NCBI GenBank assembly: GCA_040954595.2
Contig: CM082588.2
Span: 670,613-734,612, forward strand
Length of the DNA stretch: 64,000 nucleotides
Direction of reading: 5' to 3'
Origin: Balanoglossus misakiensis
Lineage: Eukaryota; Animalia; Hemichordata
Position 1 is the stretch's first letter, and each line of letters begins with the position of its first letter. The notes under the pieces were generated by a model. That model worked only from the letters and a program-made list of their open reading frames with translations. It did not search any database and was not told where the DNA came from. Of the stretch, positions 51,175 through 62,201 are shown in pieces. A program made the translations under genes and the position numbers.

Positions 51175-53572
51175 ATGATCAACTGTACGTTCATTGACGA
51201 TGGGAAGAAGATCAACTGTAGTGGTATGATCTATTCAGAGGCCGAAGCCCCTCTGACATATCAAGATCGGGAATTCTGGATTTATTTGGGCGTTTATACA
51301 GCACTGGTGCTTTTTGCCGGTAGGTACATACAATGATACATGGTCAGCCCATGATGATTCGGGCTTCGATTTTGACATACACGGGTACATGTATAGGGAA
51401 ACCAAGGGTCATCTTAGTACAATGCATAGCACGAATTCAAACTACAAGTACAACCAAGCATCAAGCTAAGGACATTTCATTTCATTTCTCTGTCTGTACT
51501 CAAAATATCTTCTAGGTTTGGTATCGGGCCTAACCATGGGACTGTTGTCATTGGATATGATGAGTCTAAAAGTGCTCAAAGAAGGTGGAAAACCCCATGA
51601 AAAGAAATATGCCGCCAGAATTCTCCCATTAGTCAAGAGACACCATTTGCTGCTGGTTACCCTCCTACTAGCCAATGCAGCAGCCGTAGAATCCATGCCG
51701 TTATTTCTGGACAGAATATCAGACCCCATCACTGCCATCTGTGTGTCTGTTACAGCCGTACTCATCTTTGGAGAGTAAGTCACAACAAGACAATCTCATT
51801 ACTGTGCTTTGGAATTATGCAAGATGGCAAACTCAGACTATACAAAGTAAATTTATTAAGAATATTTTATGACAGAGTAGTAGAGCTGAGCTCATTAAAG
51901 TTGCTTCAGTATTCAATCATTCAGTGTCACTGACAAACATTCTTTGATGTTTTCAGAGTTTTGCCACAGGCTCTGTGTACAAGATATGGTCTGGCAATTG
52001 GTGCTACCCTATCTCCGTAAGTATTGAACTAATGTTTTTGTTTCCATTCTTACAGTGAGTGACAATGAAAATGTTCTGCTATAGAGTGACTGTTGATTGT
52101 TTCTTTTCCATTGTTTTCACAGTTTAGTTTACTTTTTGATGGCTTTACTGTGCATCATTGCATGGCCTATGTCCAAACTTTTGGATTGTCTTCTTGGAAA
52201 GGATCATGGAACTTTCTTCAGGAGAGCCGGTAAGAATTGAATTTCAATTGTTACCTTTCGAATTTCATCATACATACATCTGGTGATGATTTTGTACAGT
52301 TTATGCTACTTTACTTATTGGGTGTTGTACACCTGTCTTGTGCACACACAGAATTGGGAGCCTTGGTTGATTTGCATACTGAGCAGACTGACGATAATGA
52401 AGAACCACTGAGTGTAGATGAAGTCTTGATCATTAAAGGGGCATTGGATATGAGAAGTAAAATGGTGAAAGATGCATATACTCCTCTGGAGAGTGTCTAT
52501 ATGATTGATATCAATTCAATCATGGACCATCATCTTATGGACCAGGTAAGAAAATCAAGCGCACACAATTTCTCTCTCTCTTTCTCTCCTCCCTATCTGC
52601 AGATATGATCAATGATCTCTTATTTTTGAATTCCAGGTTCTGGCCAAAGGACATTCCCGAATTCCAGTGTACGAAGACATTCGCACCAATCTGAAAGGAG
52701 TACTCTTGGTGAAAAGTCTGATCAAGCTTGACCCAGATGACAGAAATCATGTCAGAAACATCTTTGCCAAACAATCCCGAAAACTTCCTATTGTTTCTGA
52801 AAACACACCTCTCTATGATTTGTTGAATGAGTTTCAAACCGGGAAAACTCACGTGGTGGCAGTCAGGAAAGAGGTAAACAGTGGTGCAGAGAATGAAGAG
52901 CATGATGGGAATGTTGTTGCCACTGAGGTACCAGGTAATGAGGTAAGTCACAAATTTGTACGTTCCGGGAAACCTCCAACAGGTCACGTAATTGTGTAAA
53001 CTAATCCTGAAATGTATGTCTTGCTCTCTAGGAAATCCTTGGTATAATTACCCTTGAAGATATTATTGAAGAAATTCTCCAGGAAGAAATTCTTGATGAA
53101 ACCGATAATTTTGTAGATGTTCACAATCGTATCACTGTAGCAAAGGCAAAAGTGGCAAGATCGCTTTCCCACAATCCAACTATAAGACACAGATTACAGG
53201 TAAGATGTATTGTAATCTGTTGGGTATCTAAGGGGAATCTGGTCACAAGACTACGCTATTGTTCTATGCAGTCTATTATTACCATTTGTATTTTTGTGAT
53301 TTTCATTTTCTTTTCATACATTCCCTACATGACTTTCCTTGTTGACTCACCAAAGGAAGACAAATATTCTGAGGCACAATTGTAGTAATGATTATATGCG
53401 TACATTGTGTTTGTCATTCCAGAAACAATTGCCAAGTCCATCTTCACCAACACCAAAATTACTCATCAATGCAGAAGTCATAGATTCAAGCGCCATGGCA
53501 ACAGATGATCGCCAACCATTATTAAGAAATCAACAATCACCAAGCATCCTATCAAATGATCCATTGTGTTGA
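51175..53572 (+). CDS. DUF21 + CBS-pair metal (Mg2+) transporter of the CNNM superfamily, MAM3/plant CBSDUF-like
   Basis: Exons 51175-51319, 51516-51774, 51957-52016, 52123-52229, 52352-52545, 52637-52942, 53032-53199 and 53423-53572. Motifs [68 protein letters not shown]. Confidence 0.93.
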
Positions 53573-54149
53573 TTTCATATCATGTCATAACAACAATTTA
53601 TTTTGATTTCATTTTGTGTTTTTTTCTGTTTTGGGGATATGCTATTAATATTAACACACTCAGTTAACATCCAGTGGAGGCAGATTATCATCTCCACTTT
53701 GCTTATATAGATTGCAAAAATATATGTATACATAAAAATAAGAGCTAGCTTCTAGATAGCTACCTTCATGCTCTACTCATGGAAACAAATCACAAAATGA
53801 AATCATGAGTTTGAGTTTGTTCACTGTAGCAAAATTACCAATTGCACAATTAAAGTCACAAAACTTTGCTGATGGTAATGCATGTTCTCATAAAAAACGG
53901 TTTGTGCCAGCCATTTCTGACATTGTGATTCTCCATAAGGAATAAAACTATCATTTAAATGTTGTGATTGTGCGTTTTTTCTGGCATAACATAGCTCACT
54001 TCTACTATCAGTACCAATGGAAGCTGAACTTTAAGTACATTACCTGTTAGTGTTTTGAAACTTTGGCAGAAAATTTCAGCTGCAGAAAATTCACTCCGCT
54101 TCAACAGTCACAGCAGAACGTGTTCGAACACGTGTTCTTTTGTTTTCAG

Positions 54150-54233
54150 AGAAAGGTCATGCTGCAGTTCCCGCCCAACCCCCCAACCCCCCAGCTGCAT
54201 ATTTCCAAGAAATCATCAATATTCATGTTTTGA
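54150..54233 (+). CDS. Candidate alternative last exon B of the DUF21 transporter
   Basis: Acceptor tttgttttcag; phase-0 reading RKVMLQFPPNPPTPQLHISKKSSIFMF*, similar to the start of exon A; AATAAA at 54284. Confidence 0.5.
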   Translation, partial: RKVMLQFPPNPPTPQLHISKKSSIFMF

Positions 54234-54344
54234 AGGTCAGACCTCAGTGTACAGTAGCTTTTCTATGAGGACTCGCATAGTCAAATAAAGTTCCTATAAA
54301 ACGGCTTTTTATATAAATATATTTTACTGCATGTGTTTGTACAG

Positions 54345-54476
54345 GGACAGATCAGTGCAACATATGAAGGAGACCCTGCAGTCGCAATAAACACAGGAGA
54401 AGATGACAAGGCACCATTACTGCAGGACACAGAAGATCATCAGGAAATTCATGGAAAAAGTCAATTTTATGCATAA
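54345..54476 (+). CDS. Candidate alternative last exon C of the DUF21 transporter
   Basis: Acceptor tgtttgtacag; phase-0 reading GQISATYEGDPAVAINTGEDDKAPLLQDTEDHQEIHGKSQFYA*, sharing the DDxxPLL motif of exon A. Confidence 0.65.
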   Translation, partial: GQISATYEGDPAVAINTGEDDKAPLLQDTEDHQEIHGKSQFYA

Positions 54477-57400
54477 ACCATGTAACTCAACTTACCAGTA
54501 TATATATATGGTAGTACATGTCACTTTTGCTCATGAGAACTTTGAGATACTTTATAGACCCAGTTTGCCCGTAAGTATGACAAGACGTCAGCTGATTCTC
54601 ACAATATATGTAAACATGTGATATTGAAACAAATAACGCTTGGATGAGAGTACGATTGTCCATATGCATTTAAAGTGATAATACGTCATGGATATATCAA
54701 CGAATTTGCATTCAATGTGCTATTCATTTCTAAACATCGGAAGACCATTATTCTTTCTCGTGACATGAGATACATCTGAAACACATAACGCGTTAAAACT
54801 GTAATTACTTGGAACGGCACCGCTACTAGAATAGAAATCGCGATTATATTATACAGTTTTGTGTATTAAAGCCTACGCATGCAGTTTCAAAGGTTGTGTT
54901 TACAGTATCTAAGGTCTTGAATCATACAAAAACGAAACCCTATTGGGGTAAGTGGAGCTATTCTACGTCACTCATTATGTTAATATACAGTAGTCACTGA
55001 CGAAATATGGACTTGTAACATGTAACTTTCATTTGTTAAGATGTTGACATGCTACATACCTGGTAAACCGAAGCCCGGGCTTGTGAATGACATAAACAGA
55101 AGTTTGTGACCTTTCCATTGACATGTACATTGGCTCTTTCGACCTTAGGTCGTTTTTGCCCCGACACCTGTACACGTATTCAGTAATTGCTATGTTTCGA
55201 TGTTTCTATTACAATACATATATTTGCTCGAGTTTTACTGTCCGCGTTGCAAGAAACCATTTATAGTTATAAATAAAACGAACGAAGAAGTTGCATTACC
55301 TAGATATAAACTGTTACACGTTACCGATGATGCGCTGGTGATAGTTACTGGTTAGTTCTTGAACTCGGTGCCGGCGCGGTGCACTCATTCACAAGACAAA
55401 ATCACCAACTTTATCAACAGCATTCGACTTCACTATATGACCAAGAGGAAGTTTTGCTATTCATGAATGCATATGTGGTGTTTTCGCAACGGAAGCTCAA
55501 ATTTTTATTTAAAATGGGGAAGTATAAAGTCACGATTTCTGCCAAGATGTATAAACCCGCATGTGGTCCAACCAATATATCTCCGTCATCCATCACGAAT
55601 AGAACGATTCTGGAATCAGAAAATCCTTCCCACTCCCCTCACGCAAGGTTCCCTCACTGGAATTGTTTCATTTCATCATAAACGTACGTGCCAAATGAAT
55701 TTAACTCCTGACAAAATAGAGTTGACTAATGACGTTCTGGTGTTGGAAATCATCCAGAGCGGGCGAGTCCCTTAGACGAGTGGTAGCATGCAACGACTAT
55801 ATCGGCACCACCCTCTCTCCAAACGCCACGATTGGTCTCGTTTTGGTTTAAGTGAGTTTAGTGCTACGTTGTCCTGGGAACCAGAGTCACCTTCTGCGGG
55901 CTCCAAGTTACCGGGTCCCTACGCGCACGCGATCTAGACTGTCCCAACATATACACCAAAATCTTTCTGGTCTTTTGGTACATATGTAGGAACTCCCTAC
56001 TCGCATGTTTAAAAAAGCTCCAGCGATAGAGATTTCGATTGGAAATCAAGGGCATGACGCAGACACTTTAAAGCCCACAGGTGACTGTGCTTTGGTGACA
56101 CCCTGCACACGTTGCACAAACAACACAGGCACTGGTGAAACCAGGTTTAACTTCTCTACAGTTGTTTTGCATAGCCTGGGTACTTGAGGCATAAACAACA
56201 TGCTGGAGTAGTCATGGCATTAGGGTATTTATATGCCAATAATTCAATATCACGTGACGATGACAACCTGCCACGTCGGGACAGTACCAGTGGTATGGAA
56301 CGGTTCAACTAATGCAGGGTAAGAAGTGTATGATAACAGAGACAACGATTGCTTTAAATGCTGTTACAGACAGTGAAAGGAACAATTTGACGCATACTCT
56401 TCGAAGATGTTGATTTTAAACGAAATAATTGATAGGAAGTAACCCAGATTCGACCAGGAAAGGGGACTTTCTTTTTCAGTAGGCCTACTCGCAGTCCCCC
56501 ATTACATTGGAATACTCATAAGCCTTTAACGAAACTAGGCGAGGGTCAAGCATGGGTCGTCGTAATATATTAGTTTGTTATCTAAAAAATCCAATCCCGT
56601 TAACATGTCCACTATATGTTGGTTTCATGTGGGATGTTTTAGCTTGAAATCAATATGCGACTGATGACTGATGTCTTTGTTTCATGTGACTGATGCATGA
56701 CGTGGACTTTGCTTTGGATATTACCGCCATGGACTTAAAGATCAGTCATATAAAAAGAGATATATACACCCACTTTCTGGGTATCTGGGGTCATAGTTCG
56801 GTATAGTACATAGTAAATCGGCATACTGTTGTTCTTTTGAAAAGACGTCACAAATTAAATTACTTTACAAAATCCCGGGCGTAAAAAAAGTCGAATAATT
56901 AAAGTATTAATTGGAAATATCGACTCTTCCAAAAATTACGTTCCATAATTTGTCTTTAGACTAGTCAAAACATTCGTCTTAAACCCGTAAAATATACCAT
57001 TCGACTTAAAATCGTCCGCTTTAGTCAATATGACGAAATCCATCCATTAACTGCCAGAATATATAGCTGCAGTAACCATCTATTGGCCTACCGTGACCCT
57101 TTTCAACCCAGCCACGTAATAATATGTGTGACCTGACGCAACCAACCTTTCTAGCACCCTTAAAGGTCACCGTGAACTTTGTTAAGAGAGATCACAATCA
57201 ATCCACCAATATACTTAAGGTTATCGCGATGGCAAAATGGCCGCCCCTTTTCATATTTAAAATACTTATTTTGTGGCGTGAAGCTTACATTCAATGGGAT
57301 ATGTCTGTTGTGAATGATATTCACGAGTACTTCGTTGGTATATTAATTGTCTTTGATCAGTATAACATGCGAAATATTTGTCATACCAGGTTCAAAAATA

Positions 57401-58394
57401 TGGCTGCCTTACCTCAGTTATCATAGCTAGTACCAGCCCTTTGTTGAAGTATGACGTAGCCACTAGTGACACGACTCTGAATCCAGCAAATACATTAGAA
57501 GGCAAAATTACGGTACTAAATTTATTGCGATTGGCAATGAACCTTGCCTAATTTTAGTCAGTGGCGACATGTTTAAGTATATTTTTCCTTTCAATGTCAA
57601 CATCAAAAGAACGACAATCGTTATTAATTATCACGACAATAGAAAACTCATAATTACTCGTAAATTAATAATACATGTTCATAATTTTCGCAAATTTTCC
57701 ACAAAAATGTCGTTTCTTTTTCACCCTCTGTACTTAATTTCTCATTTGACGTCTTCGGGTTCATAAATGGATAATAAGACTCGACTCAAAATGCCGAAAC
57801 TTTCCATGGATCGAAACGAACCAGTCAAGTATGGCTGGCCTGGGATAGGAATGCCGTTTCAATCTGAAAATGTAACGATTTTTGTACATTCTCACAATAT
57901 GATGCTCGGTGTCCTAAACATATACGATACTTCGCACGTCGTCTAGTGTGGACGAAGATAAAGATATAACATTGATTGAAAACGATGTTCCAGACCTAAT
58001 ATCTTCGTTTTCCTGATTTTTTGTTACAAAAGATGACGAAAGAGAACCCCTTTCCAATGATGAAGTAAACACTGTCACCATGCTTCATTTTGTGATACAG
58101 CTATTCAGGTATATCTACCCGTAGCATTACAATAACATTATAGCAAATTATAGTACAAAATGATCAAAGTAACGTAAAAAGTTAGCGACCCGCGCCCCTT
58201 TAATTTGTTTAATAGCAACATCAATATACATTGTATTTGCGCTTTTCATCTTTGTTAGGCAAGACCGGCATAAGCAACATCAGGCAGAGTCCAACCAATG
58301 GACTACACTGCACGATCAGCAGCTAGTATCAAAAGTGCCCTAAAACTTCCAGTTTCGTTCGGTAACAAAATGTGAACACAGCATTTGTTGAATA

Positions 58395-58490
58395 TAAACA
58401 CCAGAGGGCGAAACTCCGATGCAGGTTACACGCATGCGTATACTAGAGTCTGGTGACGTAGACGGCCGCCATGCAGCTGTCAGTCTGCCC
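58395..58490 (+). promoter_or_regulatory. AMD1 proximal promoter
   Basis: CTCF-like CACCAGAGGGCG (58399), NRF1-like palindrome ACGCATGCGT (58430), CRE-like TGACGTA (58454), Inr-like TCAGTC (58480). Confidence 0.5.
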
Positions 58491-58578
58491 TTTGCATACA
58501 CTACAGTAAACACGACAACAAACGTGTCGAGTTATATATGTGGGCGTGTAGTGCATGCTGATCGTCTCAGTTGGCACA

Positions 58579-61500
58579 ATGAATGGGGTTTCTACCACCG
58601 ATCCCTCGGGGACTTCCCAAAATGAGACAAACACGTGGCATTATGAAGGAGCCGAAAAACTCCTCGAAGTATGGTGGAAGCCGGTTGATGGAGTCGATCT
58701 GAGAAACATCGAGCGGTGAGTATGTTCATGCATCGCGGAATTTCCCTGGCCCGATGTCACATTTTTGTGGCAGAGATCTTCTACATGAATAAATCGCATG
58801 TTATGATCGACCCAAGATTCAGTGTCGAGACCTGAGATGTGAAGTTCACAATTATTTGTTTTCCAGGTAGTCACGTCGCGCCGGGTAAACAAACGAACGC
58901 CTGGTGATGTTCGTTTCAACGCAACCCACATGTTCGTGTAGACAATAGTCCAGACTATGGTAGCAGTAGCACCCCATTATGATCATGTTATATCTGTACC
59001 CTGGAGATCTGCGTGGTTGCAGATCAGGATTTTGCATGTTTTGGGGGATAAACTGAATACGATTACAAGAAAATTACTATTATGCAATCAACCAGTCGGT
59101 GTACATTTCAAAAATTGTCTAATTTACATGATAAATACCCCATGATAATGACCAAGCTTTAACGTTATAACATTTTCATAAACCTTTGATTACAGGGAGA
59201 ACCTGGTGGAATTACTGGACAAAATAAACTGTGAAATCGTCGGTGAGACTAAAACTGAAGATCAGGTGGCCTATGTGTTGAGGTATGTGAATTGTAGAAC
59301 TTTACATATATAATGTGATAGGCTAGTTATTCCTAGACACAGAATGCTGACATGATTATTGTCATTTGTACAAGAATAGACTGAAATTTATTGCATTGAT
59401 CCCCCATATTGCACATTGCAGGGCTGATATTTTACTGGTATAACTGTTTATACAAGTGGCCTTTCTTTTTTTTATCTGTATTTTCAGTGAAAGCAGCATG
59501 TTTTTGTCAGAAAGACGATTCATTTTGAAGACTTGTGGGATGACTACATTGCTGCATGCTATAGAAGATATTTTGGAACTTGCTAAAGAAATTGGATTCA
59601 AAGAAGTTGAGGTATGTTTTGTGTCTACGATGGAGGAGTGTTGTGTGGTTGGTTCACTGGTTACAAACAGACAAACAGACATAAGCACAGACTGACCGAC
59701 TGGTGGATTTATGTTGCAACATGAAACAGTGCACGAGACTAAAAATATCTGTTTTCTATCAACTTGGCAGGATATTTTCTACTCCAGAAAGAATTTCCTG
59801 AGACCTGAACTGCAGATTTGTCCACATCGGAATTTTGAAGATGAGGTAAAGTTTCCAGTTTGTGCAAAGTTATTGTTGTTTTTCAATCTTTTTTGATATC
59901 AAACTAGAAAAAGCATCACTTATTGTCACCTTACAATCTTCTAATTCACAGGTCAAGGTTCTTGACAAGATTTTTCCCAGTAAGTTTTCATAATAAATTC
60001 CATTAATTTAATAAATATGAATCAAGCTTCTATTCATACATTGTTGGCTGATATTGTGAACTAGTTCAGATATGATTATCATTAATTTCTGATCCTGTCA
60101 CATATGACAAGAGATTTAACAAGTGGTGTGATTAATATCCTGTGAACAGGCATTTCAGCTGCAAAATTCTAATTCTACTTTATATGCACAAACAGATGGT
60201 GCCGCTTACGTATTGGGAAGAATGAATGGCGACTGCTGGTGGGTTTTTTTTTTAAATACAGACGAAAAAAATATGCCATTTGGAGCTGGGTTTGTTATAG
60301 ATGACACATACAATTTTGTCAGTTGTTTTTGTGACATTTCCCAGACAAGAAACTTGTACATCCTGTTAATTTCCAGAGGGAAATTCGATATGAAATAATG
60401 ATAACCTTTGAAATGAAATATTCGAAAGAAATGCCACACCATAAATAATGTCACAAACTGCCCAGAGCAGTGCAGGAAATACAATACTAGACAGATGTTC
60501 ACATTGAACATCTCCATGGAAACTCTGAATGAGAGATGTCATTTCTCTTAAAATATGGATTTGGTTGAAAGAGAAATGAAAGTGATGTGAAATCGATATA
60601 ATCATGCAAATAGCATGGCTTTTAAATCCCTATTGTTGAAGTCTGATCGGACATAACCAAAAACATTGATCATGTCCTCTTATTTTACAGGTACTTGTAT
60701 ACTCTTGATGTCGCTTTGAGTGTCCAACAACCAGACCAAACTTTGGAAGTATCCTTTTGCCAAAAATCATCTTCATTTAATCTGTTTGAGTCCATTTCTG
60801 CTTTCTCAGTGTATTAACGGTTGGTAATAAATACTGAGAAATGTCCCAAAGTAGAATTACATGTTGAAGAGGAAATCATCCAAGAATATCAATGTCCACT
60901 GTAAAACATTCCTTACATGAAAATACAGATCCTGATGAGTGACTTGGATCGAAATGTAATGGCTAACTTTTATAAATCAAACACAACTACAGCTGAGGAA
61001 ATATCTGAGGTAAATGGCGCTCAAACACAACATATACTCCTGTTTTGACTGAGTGTTTCCTGGTTAGAGCCCAGGGGCCTGGACATACAAACATTCATAC
61101 ATGTACATGTCAGTAGTTTTAACAGTTTTAGTTCACCCATGAGGAAGAGATTATTGAGTAGAAGTCTACCGAGACTCCTGATAGGATATGACCTCATTTG
61201 CAAAAATTAATTGTAAATTGGAGTGGGGCCTTTGTCTGAACAGGGGCTTATATACAAGTGTGCTGCAGTATTTTTCAGCAAATATAACTCATAATTTTAA
61301 ATGTCTTAATGTTTATGTTGCTTATTTGTATTTTATTGTTTAGAAAACTGGAATTTCCAAGCTGATTCCTGGGATGAAGATTGATGCGGTATTGTTTGAT
61401 CCCTGTGGATACTCCATGAATGGGCTTCTCTCAGACGTAAGTAACGATAAGTGGCAAACTTTATGGGCATTACAACCAATTTTATTGTTGTACGGTGGAA

Positions 61501-62201
61501 CAGAATATGTCATTTGATTTTCATTCTTTTCTTTTGTAGGGTGGATATGTCACCATTCACGTGACCCCAGAATCTGAATTCTCCTACGTCAGTTTTGAGA
61601 GTAATGTCTCACAAGTAAGTTGACCTTTTATGTTTGTCACAGACTTACTATACAGTAATGATGACTGCAATACACATGCAGTCATCTCTTATATATCTGT
61701 GGCTTAGGTTGAACAGTGAAGAGTTAATATCATATCTAAAATGTGCTAATCATTTCAACTGCTTTCCAGGAAAACTATACTGAGTTGGTGATGAAAATCC
61801 TGGAGGTTTTCCGACCAAATAAGTTTGTGATGACCCTGTTTACAAACCAGGTATGTTATTCAATTTATCAGTCAATGATATAAAGACTCAAGTATGAAAA
61901 CACAATCATCAGCAAAATAGTGTTCGCAAGTTAGTCTAGGTTTATGAGTATTATAATTTAACACAGGGTTTATCTCGTCTGTCTGTCTCTCTCTTTCTTC
62001 CTTCCTTCTGATTCTCCTGCCCCTTCTATCTCTCTTTTCCTTCCTTCCTTCCTTCATTTGCAGACTGCACTATGTGGATCTTCATACAGCGCCTTCCAAC
62101 ACAACGACTATCCCAACTACAGAATCCAAGACCGTCAATACTCCCAGTTCAAGAACTACGACCTGACCTTTGCCCATTTTACCAAAACCGGCATCAGTTG
62201 A
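58579..62201 (+). CDS. AMD1: S-adenosylmethionine decarboxylase proenzyme, 12 exons, 339 aa
   Basis: Exons 58579-58715, 59196-59282, 59488-59611, 59771-59845, 59952-59979, 60196-60238, 60691-60748, 60929-61009, 61344-61436, 61540-61614, 61770-61850 and 62064-62201. Motifs [19 protein letters not shown] (autocleavage site), [47 protein letters not shown]. Confidence 0.97.
60749..60928 (+). other. U12-type (minor spliceosome) GT-AG intron in AMD1
   Basis: 5' splice site GTATCCTTT; branch-like TTCCTTACA at 60909-60917, 11 nt from the intron end; no polypyrimidine tract. Confidence 0.85.

Noticed and set aside
55379-56187. Cluster of 60-100 aa ORFs upstream of AMD1
   Set aside because: Overlapping frames on both strands with no domain motifs or consistent splice sites.
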